A DNA stretch of 64,000 bases from an uncultured Methanosarcinales archaeon (GCA_964485195.1 CAZAIK010000006.1:12720-76719); one strand, 5' to 3'. Counted from the first letter of the stretch, positions 8,605-18,684 are shown. Numbers and translations: made by a program. The notes: a model not told the origin generated them from the letters alone.

Positions 8605-9285
8605 ATGGCTGAAATAAAGATAATAGGGACAAGTCATATTGCAAAGCAAAGTGTTGAAGAAGTCAAAAAGGAAATTTTTGGATTCAGCCCGGACATTGTT
8701 GCAGTTGAACTGGACTACCCCAGGTTTCGGGCTCTTGTTTCAGGGAAAAAAGACAGGGCAAGGTGGGGCGACATAAGATATATCGGAATAAAAGGGTTTC
8801 TCTTCGCCCTCATTGGGGAATATGTTGAGAAAAAGCTGGGAAAGATTGTGAAGACAAAGCCAGGAGCTGACATGCTCGCTGCCATTAACACTGCCAAAAA
8901 AATGCAGATTCCCATCGCCCTGATAGACCAGCCCATTTCCATAACATTAAGGAAGTTCTCCAGGGCACTGGGATGGAAGGAAAAATGGAACATTTTTGTT
9001 GACATTATCAAAAGCCTGCTCTTTGGAAAGAGGGAGATGAAAAAACTCGGGCTGGACAAGCTGGACCTCACTAAGGTTCCTGAAAAAGAGCTGATTAAGA
9101 AGACCATGAGGATAGCCAAAAAAAGGTATCCCAGCATCTACAAAGTCCTGGTAGCTGACAGGAACGAGTACATGGCAAAGATGCTCATCAATATTGCAAA
9201 GCAAAACCCTGGCAAGAAGATAATCGCTGTGATGGGGGCGGGCCATGCAGAAGACGTTGAAAAGATGGTGAGAAAGGCGGTATGA
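8605..9285 (+). CDS. TraB/GumN family protein
   Basis: 226 aa. IIGTSHIAKQS N-terminal motif and GAGHAEDVEKM C-terminal motif of the TraB family. Confidence 0.7.
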   Translation: MAEIKIIGTSHIAKQSVEEVKKEIFGFSPDIVAVELDYPRFRALVSGKKDRARWGDIRYIGIKGFLFALIGEYVEKKLGKIVKTKPGADMLAAINTAKKMQIPIALIDQPISITLRKFSRALGWKEKWNIFVDIIKSLLFGKREMKKLGLDKLDLTKVPEKELIKKTMRIAKKRYPSIYKVLVADRNEYMAKMLINIAKQNPGKKIIAVMGAGHAEDVEKMVRKAV

Positions 9286-9626
9286 GCTTGAGATTACGGA
9301 GCAGGCTTAACGAATTAAAAGACTTAAGGAGTTATTTCTTAATAATATTTATTGTTGTTTTTGGGCTTAATTTAAACCACGCCATCTTTTTCCTATACCC
9401 TTTAAGTGTTGGACTAAATTTTTTGGAGATGATGTTTGTTTATTTTTCATTGACAAGAATTGTCTATTTAGCCGCTCTCATTCCAACAGGGGCGATAGCA
9501 GACAGGCTGGGTATTAATTTTAACATTTACATCTCTTCAGCTCTAATCTTAACTGGTGCCGTGGTGCTTTACATCCCCCATTTTGGCAATACCAGAACAA
9601 TCTCCAAGACAAATATTTATAAATAA
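9282..9626 (+). pseudogene. N-terminal fragment of an MFS-type transporter (remnant)
   Basis: 114 aa, 3 TMs, with MFS motif-A-like PTGAIADRLGINFNIYISSALILTGAVVLY. Far too short for a transporter; ends in a stop with no continuation. Confidence 0.3.
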
Positions 9627-9647
9627 CAGAAGGCTAATGATTAGGGT

Positions 9648-10373
9648 ATGGATTGGTATACCATAAAGAGGCATTTCACCTTCAGCAGGGAGGAGATGAG
9701 GGACATCTTTGTAACTGTCGTCTTTCTCGGCTTCCTTTTCGCGTTCAGGGACTGGGGAGAGCCATTCAGTTTTGCAGCGGGAATATTCAACTGGATAAAT
9801 GCATCCATTATTGTGCTGCTCGTGCTTCTTGTTTACATCTCCTTCCAAAGCCTTATGGGCTTGAGAAGGGGGTACAAGACCCAGTACAAGATGTGGTTCT
9901 GGGGGTTGCTTGTGGCAATAGCAGTGGGATTTGCCACCAGCGGTTATGTAACTCTCGCTTTTTTGGGAACAGTGGTGATTTACCACATGGAAGGGCATCG
10001 CCTGGGAAAGTTCCGTTACGGCCTGAATTACAAGGATTTGGCAGTGGTCTCCCTTATGGGTCCTTTGTCTGTGATAATACTCGCGCTTATTTTCAGGATA
10101 ATAACCCTTTTCTCCGCAGCCCCTCTTGTGCAGAAGGCAATGGTAATATGCCTGTGGGTTGCTTCTGTCAACATGCTTCCACTGCCCTGGATTGACGGGG
10201 GCAACGTGTTTTTCGGCTCAAGAATGCTCTGGGTATTTTCCTTTATCGGGATAATTGCTGCCTCGGCACTTCTTTACTTCCTCAGCTCTGTATGGGGAGC
10301 AATATTCGGGGCCTTGGCAGTGGCGATACTCGCAGCAATATTCTGGTTCGTGTTCTTTGAAGAAGGGTTTTAA
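9648..10373 (+). CDS. M50/site-2-protease-like membrane protein (atypical HMEGH in place of HExxH)
   Basis: 241 aa, 6-7 TMs. NMLPLPWIDGG matches the M50 LDG motif. The zinc-site position reads YHMEGHRLG (H-x-E-x-H) instead of HExxH. Confidence 0.55.
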   Translation: MDWYTIKRHFTFSREEMRDIFVTVVFLGFLFAFRDWGEPFSFAAGIFNWINASIIVLLVLLVYISFQSLMGLRRGYKTQYKMWFWGLLVAIAVGFATSGYVTLAFLGTVVIYHMEGHRLGKFRYGLNYKDLAVVSLMGPLSVIILALIFRIITLFSAAPLVQKAMVICLWVASVNMLPLPWIDGGNVFFGSRMLWVFSFIGIIAASALLYFLSSVWGAIFGALAVAILAAIFWFVFFEEGF

Positions 10374-11132
10374 ATGGACCTTAAAAAAACAATTATAAAT
10401 GAGTTTTCAGGGGAAAACGCGCAGATATTGTACTTAAAGCACGCAGAGGAAGGGTTTTGGGATTCTGAATCTTACTTTATCACAAAATATTTCACAAAAA
10501 AGGAGAAAGTTCTTGACATCGGCTGCGGAACAGGCAGGACAACAATTCCGCTGCACAAAAAAGGTTTTGGTGTTATTGGCGTGGATTTGGTTCCTGCAAT
10601 GATAAAGAATGCGAAAAAAGTTGCCAAGAAAAAAGGATTAAACATAAAGTACCAGGTAGGCGACGCCACAAACCTTGATTTCAAAGACAATTATTTTGAC
10701 CACGCCCTTTTTTCCAACCAGGGATGGACCCAGATTCCTGGAAGGGAAAACAGGCTCAAAGCTCTAAAAGAGATAAACAGGGTCTTGAAAAAGGGAGGAA
10801 TATTCATCTTCACCACCCACCGCAGGGTCTGGCTGAGCGAAAATTTCCTTTTCTGGATTAAGCAATGGATTAGATTTTATTTGCTGAAACCCCTGGGATT
10901 TGATATTAAGGAGATGGATTTCGGGGACAGGTTTTTCGCGAGAGAAACGAGCGACAAGCAGAGGACTTACAGGACAGAGCAGTATATTCACATACCTTCT
11001 GTAAGGGAAGTTAAAAAAGCCATTGAAAAGGCAGGGTTTGATATAGTTGAAGTCAACGGGGAGTTGCAGATATCCAAGGATAATACCGGGAAGCATCCCC
11101 CTGTTTTTTACATTGTCAGGAAGAAAAGCTGA
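10374..11132 (+). CDS. class I SAM-dependent methyltransferase
   Basis: 252 aa. Motif [16 protein letters not shown], motif post-[12 protein letters not shown]. Confidence 0.7.
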   Translation: MDLKKTIINEFSGENAQILYLKHAEEGFWDSESYFITKYFTKKEKVLDIGCGTGRTTIPLHKKGFGVIGVDLVPAMIKNAKKVAKKKGLNIKYQVGDATNLDFKDNYFDHALFSNQGWTQIPGRENRLKALKEINRVLKKGGIFIFTTHRRVWLSENFLFWIKQWIRFYLLKPLGFDIKEMDFGDRFFARETSDKQRTYRTEQYIHIPSVREVKKAIEKAGFDIVEVNGELQISKDNTGKHPPVFYIVRKKS

Positions 11133-11439
11133 ACACTGCCTTTTGAAAAAGATACAGTGCCACAAGATAGACCAGGAAAGTTTTTAATCCCAAGGCCAAT
11201 ACTATCAGATACAAAGCGCAGGCCAGGTCAAGTACGCTGGTGGCAGATTTTATGAATATCGCCCCTTTTATTGCAAGGTAAGCTATGAAGATTGTAAGCG
11301 CGTTTCCCGGCAGGAAGCCTATGTGAACGAATACTGCTATCATTGCTGCCAGGAGGTCCATCAAACCCATTATTTTTAAAAGCATCACTGGACAAGCCCT
11401 CGCAGGGTTTATAAATATTATCCCACTGTGTTTTACCAT
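11116..11439 (-). CDS. small hydrophobic membrane protein (hypothetical)
   Basis: 107 aa, 3 predicted TMs; convergent with the methyltransferase. Confidence 0.3.
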   Translation of the reverse strand: MVKHSGIIFINPARACPVMLLKIMGLMDLLAAMIAVFVHIGFLPGNALTIFIAYLAIKGAIFIKSATSVLDLACALYLIVLALGLKTFLVYLVALYLFQKAVFSFSS

Positions 11440-13645
11440 GTTAAAGGATTTTGTCCCACGGCTTTACCAGGAAACAATACTCTCCAGCTGTTCAGAGAAA
11501 AACACTTTGGTGGTGTTGCCCACCGGGATGGGGAAGACAGGAATCGCCCTGCTACTGGCAGCTCAGAGAATTAATCAATATCCCAACTCAAAGATAATAA
11601 TCCTTGCCCCTACCAAGCCATTAGTGGAGCAGCACAAAACCACTTTTGAAAAGCATCTTGATGTGGAAGAAGAAAAGCTTGCTGTTTTCACAGGATTTGT
11701 CAAGCCGGAAAAAAGAGCAGAGCTGTGGAAGAAAGCAAAAATAATATTCTCAACCCCCCAGGGTTTGGAAAATGACATTATTTCCGGAAAGATTGATTTG
11801 GCTGATGCTTCCCTCGTTGTTTTTGACGAGGCCCACAGGGCAACAGGAGATTATGCATACAATTTCATTGCAAAGCAGTATCTGAAAAATGCAAAGTATC
11901 CCAGAGTTTTGGCACTGACCGCCTCTCCAGGAGCTGAGCTTGAAAAAATAAATGAAATCTGCAATAATCTTGGGATAGAGGAGATAGAAGTGAGGGACAG
12001 GGATGATCCTGACGTAAAGCCTTATGTGCAAAAAACAGAGTTTGAATGGCTAAGTGTAAATCTTCCAAAAGAGTTTTATGAAATAAAAAAGTACCTTGAC
12101 AACTGCTTGAAGTCAAAACTAAAAGGCATAAAGGAAGCAGGAGTTTTGAAAGCCCTTAACAATGTCTCGAAAAAAGACTTGCTTTCCTTGCAGGCGATGG
12201 TACACGCCAGGCTTGCAAAGGGTGAGAAGGATTTCAGTCTTATGAGAGCTATGTCCCTGGCGGCAGAGGCACTGAAAGTAATGCACGCCCTTGAATTACT
12301 GGAGACTCAGAGCGTAAAATCACTGCTGAAGTACATTGAAGACCTCCACTCCTCTGCTTCCAGCTCAAAGGTGAAAGCAGTGCAAAACCTTGCAAAAGAC
12401 GTTAATTTCAAGTCAGCCCTGGTGAAGGCCCGGAGCGCTGTTGAAAAGGAGATTGAGCATCCAAAGCTTACAAAACTGAAAAGGATTGTGGCTGAGGAAA
12501 TAAATAAAGATAAAAAACTGCTAATCTTCAACAATTACAGGGAGAATGCGCAGAAAATAGTTGATGAAATGAACAAGCTGGGAGGAAGATGCGCCGTTTT
12601 CGTGGGGCAGGCAAAGAGGAACGGCTCCGGACTGAGCCAGAAGGAGCAGAAAAGGATTATCGAAGAGTTCAGGGAGGGAAAATACAATATTCTTGTGGCA
12701 ACATCCATAGGCGAGGAAGGGCTGGACATCCCCAAGGTTGACACCGTTATTTTCTATGAGCCAATACCAAGCGCAATTCGTAGCATCCAGAGAAGAGGAA
12801 GAACAGGCAGGAGCGACGAGGGAAAGATAATAGTATTATTCACCAAAGGGACAAGGGATGAGGCTTACAAATGGAGCGCTCACCACAAGGAGAGAAGAAT
12901 GCACTCCCTGCTCAGGGATTTAAAGAAGAACATCGCCCTGAAATCTTTTGAGAACAAAAAACTTGATGCTTATTTTCCTGAAATAAAAATCGTGGCTGAC
13001 TACAGGGAAAAAGGCAATTCAATAATAAGAAACCTTATGGATTCAGGAGTGAGAATAGAGCTGAAAAGCCTGCAGTCCTCAGACTATATGCTGTCTGAAA
13101 GAGTGGGTGTGGAGTTCAAAACCCAGAAAGACTTCGTGGATTCAATTATTGACGGCAGGCTGTTGCAGCAGGTAAAGCATCTCAAGGAAAGTTTTGAAAA
13201 GCCCATAGTGGTTGTTGAAGGTTCTGAAGACTTGTTCAGCCAGAGAAACATACACGCAAACGCAATCAGGGGAATGATTGCGACAATAATAACAAGCTAT
13301 CACATCCCTTTGATGTTCACAAAGAATTCCGGGGAAACATCAGAGCTTTTCCTTTCCATTGCCAGGAGAGAGCAGGAAAAGGGAAGCTTTGACTACAGCC
13401 TCCATACCAAAAAGCCGATGAGTCTGAAAGAGCAGCAGGAATACATTATCAGCAGCCTCCCCTCTGTGGGGCCTTCCCTGGCAAAGGAGCTTCTGGACAG
13501 GTTCGGAAGTGTTAAGAACATAGTGAATGCGAGTGAGGAGGAGCTGAAAAAAATAGACAAAGTCGGGGACAAGATAGCCAAAAAGGTCAAGGAAGCCACA
13601 GACACAGAGTATAATTCAAGTTTGAAGGATTATTTGATGGGGTAA
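11438..13645 (+). CDS. hef: Hef/FANCM-like helicase-nuclease (DEAH helicase + ERCC4/XPF-like nuclease + HhH2)
   Basis: 735 aa. Walker A LPTGMGKT, DEAH-type VVFDEAH, helicase C motifs (ATSIGEEGLD, QRRGRTGR), C-terminal nuclease ERVGVEFKTQKD and HhH LPSVGPSLAKELLDRFGS. Confidence 0.8.
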   Translation: MLKDFVPRLYQETILSSCSEKNTLVVLPTGMGKTGIALLLAAQRINQYPNSKIIILAPTKPLVEQHKTTFEKHLDVEEEKLAVFTGFVKPEKRAELWKKAKIIFSTPQGLENDIISGKIDLADASLVVFDEAHRATGDYAYNFIAKQYLKNAKYPRVLALTASPGAELEKINEICNNLGIEEIEVRDRDDPDVKPYVQKTEFEWLSVNLPKEFYEIKKYLDNCLKSKLKGIKEAGVLKALNNVSKKDLLSLQAMVHARLAKGEKDFSLMRAMSLAAEALKVMHALELLETQSVKSLLKYIEDLHSSASSSKVKAVQNLAKDVNFKSALVKARSAVEKEIEHPKLTKLKRIVAEEINKDKKLLIFNNYRENAQKIVDEMNKLGGRCAVFVGQAKRNGSGLSQKEQKRIIEEFREGKYNILVATSIGEEGLDIPKVDTVIFYEPIPSAIRSIQRRGRTGRSDEGKIIVLFTKGTRDEAYKWSAHHKERRMHSLLRDLKKNIALKSFENKKLDAYFPEIKIVADYREKGNSIIRNLMDSGVRIELKSLQSSDYMLSERVGVEFKTQKDFVDSIIDGRLLQQVKHLKESFEKPIVVVEGSEDLFSQRNIHANAIRGMIATIITSYHIPLMFTKNSGETSELFLSIARREQEKGSFDYSLHTKKPMSLKEQQEYIISSLPSVGPSLAKELLDRFGSVKNIVNASEEELKKIDKVGDKIAKKVKEATDTEYNSSLKDYLMG

Positions 13646-13649
13646 GGAT

Positions 13650-14348
13650 ATGAAATTTGAGTTAAAGGATATGATTAACTGGACAATAATATTTATTCTA
13701 ATTTTTTTATTATTAATTTTTATTTTAATTATTATAATTTTTTGTTGTTTTATCTTAGATATATTGTATATTTTAAACCAGACAGGCTTGATAACTATTA
13801 TAGGGATCATAATACCTACCCTAACTGCCATATTGATTCTCAAAGTGCATTTATCTGAAAATGAAAATAAAAGGATACAGGGACAAATAAAAATAATAGA
13901 CAGTTTATTGGCTGAATTAGAGGTTATAAGCTCTTTAAGAAATGATTATTACTGCTATGGAAATCCTCCAAAAGGCAATCTTGATTGGTATTTAGAAAAG
14001 ATAAGAGAGGAAAGAGGTTATACAAACAAAGAGGAAAAAAGACCAATAAACGAACTTGATCATGAAATTAATAAAATCAGTTTTCAGAATTATATAACAA
14101 AACTAGATGCCTCAATTTTTAAGAAATTAAATATAAAAAGATTAGTTAGGACAATAAGTTATGTGAATGATAAGATCTTGCAGATAAATAGTAAGATTAA
14201 TTGTAAAGAGACTTGGATCAAGGATATGAAAGAAAAAGAAAGACATTTGGAGTGGCTTGAGACTGTTATATGTGAAGCGATGAGGTGTATTAAAAATATG
14301 AGAAGGGTACTAAGAAGTGAAAAAGAAGTATTATCCAAATCAATTTAA
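13650..14348 (+). CDS. membrane-anchored hypothetical protein encoded in AT-rich island
   Basis: 232 aa. Two N-terminal TM helices (I/L/F-rich) then a soluble domain. Local GC about 27% versus about 42% in flanks. Confidence 0.5.
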   Translation: MKFELKDMINWTIIFILIFLLLIFILIIIIFCCFILDILYILNQTGLITIIGIIIPTLTAILILKVHLSENENKRIQGQIKIIDSLLAELEVISSLRNDYYCYGNPPKGNLDWYLEKIREERGYTNKEEKRPINELDHEINKISFQNYITKLDASIFKKLNIKRLVRTISYVNDKILQINSKINCKETWIKDMKEKERHLEWLETVICEAMRCIKNMRRVLRSEKEVLSKSI

Positions 14349-14390
14349 TTTTCATAACCTTTATAAATAAAAGCAAACAATAAACTGATT

Positions 14391-14951
14391 ATGGCATTGG
14401 GGACTGTAGCGTGGATTGTAATCATTGTTGTAGTAATTCTTGCAATCTGGATTGTCCTCATTTACAACAGCCTGATAAGGCTGAAGAACAGGATCCAGAA
14501 CGCCTGGGCGCAGATAGATGTGCAGCTGAAAAGAAGATATGACCTGATTCCCAATCTCATAGAAACTGTGAAAGGTTATGCAAAGCACGAGAAGGAAACC
14601 CTGAAAATGGTCACTGAGGCCAGGAATATGATGGGAAAGGCCAAGTCAGTTGACCAGAAGGCCAGGGCCGAGAACATGCTCACATCTGCACTGAAATCAT
14701 TGTTCGCAGTTGCAGAAGCTTACCCAGACCTTAAGGCAAACCAGAACTTCATGATGCTTCAGGAGGAATTATCAGGAACTGAAAACAAGATAGCCTATGC
14801 AAGGCAGTTTTACAATGACACCGTCCTGAAGTACAACAACAAAATACAGGTATTTCCCTCCAACGTAATCGCAAACCTCATAGGCTTTAAGGAAAAGGAA
14901 TTCTTCGAGACAGAAACAGGAGAGAGGAAGCCTGTAAAAGTCAAGTTTTAA
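14391..14951 (+). CDS. lemA: LemA family protein
   Basis: 186 aa. N-terminal TM plus [34 protein letters not shown] LemA signature. Confidence 0.8.
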   Translation: MALGTVAWIVIIVVVILAIWIVLIYNSLIRLKNRIQNAWAQIDVQLKRRYDLIPNLIETVKGYAKHEKETLKMVTEARNMMGKAKSVDQKARAENMLTSALKSLFAVAEAYPDLKANQNFMMLQEELSGTENKIAYARQFYNDTVLKYNNKIQVFPSNVIANLIGFKEKEFFETETGERKPVKVKF

Positions 14952-15824
14952 ATGTACGAGGAAATATCAGCAAACAAGAGGAACTCTTACCTGCTATTTT
15001 CACTAATCATAGCCTTCATAATATTCCTGGGCTATGTTTTCGGGGTTATTTACGGGAATGGCTATGCAGGAATTGCCATAGCAGGAGGCATAGCTGTAAT
15101 TTACACCTTGATCTCATTTTATGCCGGCGACAAGATGCTCTTGAGCATGGCAAACGCCAAGCCTGCCACCAAAAAGGAATATCCTCATTTTGTCAACACA
15201 GTTGAAGGGCTGGCCATAGCTGCGGGAATCCCCTCCCCAAAGCCTTATGTTATCAAGCAGCCTGCAATAAACGCATTTGCCACAGGGAGGAATCCTGAAA
15301 AAGCCGCAATCACAGTTACTGAGGGAGCGCTGAAAAAACTCAACAGGGAGGAACTGGAATCAGTGGTGGCCCACGAGATGGGGCACATAAAGAATTATGA
15401 CATAAGGTTTATGATGCTGGTGGTCATTATGATAGGCATCATAACAATATTAAGCCATTTTTTCCTGAGGAGCTTCTGGTTCAGCGGAGGAGGAAACAAC
15501 AGGGGAAGCATCGGCGCATTGTTAATTATAGTCGGGATAATCCTTGCAATATTTGCCCCTCTTGTAGGATATTTGATAAGGATGGCAATTTCAAGAAGAA
15601 GGGAATATCTCGCTGATGCCACAGGCGCCTTGTTGACAAGATACCCAAGAGGCCTGGCCAATGCGTTGAGGAAAATCAAGAGGGAAAATATGCCTATGCG
15701 AAACATAGACAAATCCATGGCCTCCCTGTTTATATCCAACCCCTTAAAATCCGGCTGGCTGAACAACATATTCTCAACACACCCCCCCATAGACGAGAGG
15801 ATTAAGAGATTAGAAGGGATGTGA
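14952..15824 (+). CDS. htpX: HtpX-like M48 zinc metalloprotease
   Basis: 290 aa. HEMGH zinc motif, TM helices, C-terminal EYLADATGA motif. Classic LemA-HtpX pair. Confidence 0.8.
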   Translation: MYEEISANKRNSYLLFSLIIAFIIFLGYVFGVIYGNGYAGIAIAGGIAVIYTLISFYAGDKMLLSMANAKPATKKEYPHFVNTVEGLAIAAGIPSPKPYVIKQPAINAFATGRNPEKAAITVTEGALKKLNREELESVVAHEMGHIKNYDIRFMMLVVIMIGIITILSHFFLRSFWFSGGGNNRGSIGALLIIVGIILAIFAPLVGYLIRMAISRRREYLADATGALLTRYPRGLANALRKIKRENMPMRNIDKSMASLFISNPLKSGWLNNIFSTHPPIDERIKRLEGM

Positions 15825-15968
15825 TTCTGCCTGCGACAATAAAATAATTATTTCTTGCACGGCAATTAAAGCAGAACAGCCAAAGTAAAATTAAGGCTAA
15901 TGCAAGAACTATGAATGTAATTTTATTTTAAAACAAAGACTTAAAAACTTCCTTGCTTTATTATACCC

Positions 15969-17249
15969 ATGGACAAGGGGGTAAGGGAGCATTATCTGAG
16001 AGAAGATGTTCAGGAACTTATGCTTGCCTGTGCAAAGAACAGGGAGGTTGCTGTAAAGTTTGACTTTGGCTTTGGAAAAAGGCCTGATGTGCTTATGTAC
16101 AAGTCTGACGTTGCTGATTTTGCCAAGCAGGGAGCAACTTCCTTTCACTGCTCAGAGGAATTATGGAAAAATCCTCTGGAACTAAAGCCGGGCATGAGCA
16201 AGAAACAGCTGGACGAATTGAGGACAGGCTGGGACTTGGTGCTGGACATTGACTGCCCTTTTCTTGAATACTCAAAAATCGCGGCTGACCTGCTTGTCAA
16301 GGCATTGAAAAGCAAGGGCATAAGGAACATTTCAGTAAAATTCTCTGGAAATCACGGCTTTCACATAGGAGTGCCTTTTGATTCGTTTCCGCAAAACGCG
16401 AAGGATTTTTTTCCAGACGGAGTCAGGATAATTGCAAAATACCTGCAGGAGATGATAAGGCCTTTCCTGACTGAGGAAATCCTGAAGAAGGAGACTCCGG
16501 AAAAGATTATGGAAAAAACAGGGAAAAAATTCTCAGAAATCACAAGAAAGGAAGAGGGCACTGCTGTTTTTGACCCCTTTAATGTCCTTGAGATAGATTC
16601 CCTGCTTATCTCGTCAAGGCATTTGTTCAGGATGCCCTATTCCATAAATGAAAAATCAGGGCTTGTGAGCTTGCCCATTAATGCTGAAGCGATTTTGCAG
16701 TTTGACAAGGAAAAGGCCCATCCTTCAAGAATAGGAAAGGTTTATATGAAATTTCTGGAAAGGGAAAATTCTTCCGCCAATGAGGCCAAGGATTTGTTTG
16801 ATTCTGCCTCTGAGATGTTCTCAGAAATAAAAAAGCAGCAGGAAATAAAAAGTTCCCTTGAAGGAAAAAAGCAGGTTAATTATGAGGACCTGAAAGCTCC
16901 ACTCCCCGAGGAATTGTTCCCGCCGTGCGTAAAGAAAGGGCTTGAAGGATTAAGGGACGGGAAGAAAAGGTTTGTCTTCGCCCTGATTAATTTCTTGACA
17001 ATGAGCAGCTGGCCCTATGAGAAAATTGAGGAATTGCTGAGGGAATGGGACAAGCAGAATCCTGAGCAGCTGAAGGAAACATATTGGAAAACCCAGCTTA
17101 ACTACAACAAGCAGAAGAACAAGAAGGTTCTGCCTCCCAACTGCAGGCAGTTTTACCAGGAATTGGGGATTTGCTTCCCGGACCACATCTGCAACAGGAT
17201 AAAGAATCCCGTGAGTTATGGCAGGATAAAGGTTGGAGGTAAAAAATAA
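15969..17249 (+). CDS. priS: DNA primase small subunit PriS with C-terminal PriL-like Cys-containing extension (possible fused PriS-PriL)
   Basis: 426 aa. Catalytic LVLDIDCPF, VKFSGNHGFHIGV, RHLFRMPYSINEKSG. C-terminal about 130 aa with FPPC...NC...IC...IC (4 Cys). Confidence 0.75.
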   Translation: MDKGVREHYLREDVQELMLACAKNREVAVKFDFGFGKRPDVLMYKSDVADFAKQGATSFHCSEELWKNPLELKPGMSKKQLDELRTGWDLVLDIDCPFLEYSKIAADLLVKALKSKGIRNISVKFSGNHGFHIGVPFDSFPQNAKDFFPDGVRIIAKYLQEMIRPFLTEEILKKETPEKIMEKTGKKFSEITRKEEGTAVFDPFNVLEIDSLLISSRHLFRMPYSINEKSGLVSLPINAEAILQFDKEKAHPSRIGKVYMKFLERENSSANEAKDLFDSASEMFSEIKKQQEIKSSLEGKKQVNYEDLKAPLPEELFPPCVKKGLEGLRDGKKRFVFALINFLTMSSWPYEKIEELLREWDKQNPEQLKETYWKTQLNYNKQKNKKVLPPNCRQFYQELGICFPDHICNRIKNPVSYGRIKVGGKK

Positions 17250-17274
17250 AAAATTTGGTCTAAACTTTTAGCAA

Positions 17275-17409
17275 TTATTGTTTGGACGTTCCCAAATATT
17301 TGCCGATAATCTCTTCAACAAATTCTCTTTCGTGTGCTTTTTCCACTGCGTCATCAATTGCTTCCCTTTGAGCATCAAAAGTATTTATTTCTGCATAAAT
17401 AGTTTCCAT
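17275..17409 (-). CDS. small helical hypothetical protein
   Basis: About 44 aa from internal Met (METIYAEINTFDAQREAIDDAVEKAHEREFVEEIIGKYL) of ORF 17275..17478. Weak call. Confidence 0.2.
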   Translation of the reverse strand: METIYAEINTFDAQREAIDDAVEKAHEREFVEEIIGKYLGTSKQ

Positions 17410-17712
17410 CTGAACTGTTGAAGAATGCCTCAGCGGGCTGATACTAATTTCTATATAGAAAATAATAAAAGTTATCATTACCTTTATAAACCCCCTGAGT
17501 TTCTAGCAAATATTCAAGATAGAGCATTTAAACAGGGTTTGAGGGTTTAAATGCGATGATAAAGCTCAATAAAGCCTGAAAAGCTATCTTTCAGTACAAA
17601 GGTTGGGTGTGCAGACTTTTTCTGAAAGAAAGGTGGTACAAATAGGCTTTTTTAGCATGAAAAAAGAGCAAATCACTTTCACAATAGCCAGATTCGGCTA
17701 ATGCATTTAAAA

Positions 17713-18684
17713 ATGCCAACAACACGATGGCCAAGAAGGGGATCAATGCAATTTTGGCCCAGGAAAAGGGCTAGAAGGCAGTATGCGAGAATCAGAAACT
17801 GGGCTGGAATTGATGAAACCAGACTTCTGGGATTTGCAGGCTACAAAGTTGGCATGACGCACATTTCTTACATTGACGGAAGGAAAAATTCCAAGACAAA
17901 AGGAGAGGAAATTTTCTGTCCTGTAACAATCCTTGAATGCCCCCCGCTTAAGGTGATAGGGTATCAGGCATACACCAGCGACGCTTACGGAAAGAAAGCG
18001 AAAACAGGCGGGATTTTTTCAGCCACAAAGGAATTGCTGAAAAAAGTAAAGGCCAAGAAGAAAGAAGTAAAGATTGACGAAACAAAACTTGGAGACATTT
18101 TTGACATTACATTGGTTGTCCAGACGCAGCCGGCAATAACAGGTATAGGAAAGAAAAAACCTGAGATTTTTGAATTGCCAATAGGCGGGAATGATATAAA
18201 AGCAAAAATAGATTATGCCAAAAACACAATGGGCAAAGACTTGCGAATAAGCGAGATTTTCGGCGAAGGCCAGCTCGTTGATATTCATGGAATAACCAAA
18301 GGAAAAGGTACACAGGGCCCTGTGAAAAGATTCGGTGTCAAGATACTGCAGCACAAGGCCGAGAAGACTAAGAGGGGAGTTGCAACAATGGGTCCCTGGC
18401 GTCCGCATCACGGAAATTATAGGGTGCCCCAGGCAGGGAAGATGGGTTGGCATCAGAGAACACAGCTTAACAAATGGGTTATGAGGATATCAGACAATGT
18501 TGAAAAAATAAATCCTGCAGGAGGGTGGCATAATTATGGGATAATCAAAAATGAATACCTCCTTCTGAAGGGCTCTTTGGACGGTCCCAAGAAAAGACTG
18601 GTCAGATTAAGCATGCCCAGAAGGACCATCAAAAAATTGCAGGAGACGCCTCCTGAAATAAAACACATAAGCCTGAAACAATGA
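17713..18684 (+). CDS. rpl3: 50S ribosomal protein L3 (uL3)
   Basis: Internal start MPTTRWPRRGSMQFWPRKRA matches archaeal L3 N-terminus; first gene of the cluster. Confidence 0.9.
   Translation: MPTTRWPRRGSMQFWPRKRARRQYARIRNWAGIDETRLLGFAGYKVGMTHISYIDGRKNSKTKGEEIFCPVTILECPPLKVIGYQAYTSDAYGKKAKTGGIFSATKELLKKVKAKKKEVKIDETKLGDIFDITLVVQTQPAITGIGKKKPEIFELPIGGNDIKAKIDYAKNTMGKDLRISEIFGEGQLVDIHGITKGKGTQGPVKRFGVKILQHKAEKTKRGVATMGPWRPHHGNYRVPQAGKMGWHQRTQLNKWVMRISDNVEKINPAGGWHNYGIIKNEYLLLKGSLDGPKKRLVRLSMPRRTIKKLQETPPEIKHISLKQ

Noticed and set aside
17553-17625. GCGATGA ... CTGA ... CTGA pattern resembling a C/D RNA in the L3 leader
   Set aside because: No C' box at the required spacing and guide lengths do not fit (16 nt). 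Likely chance.
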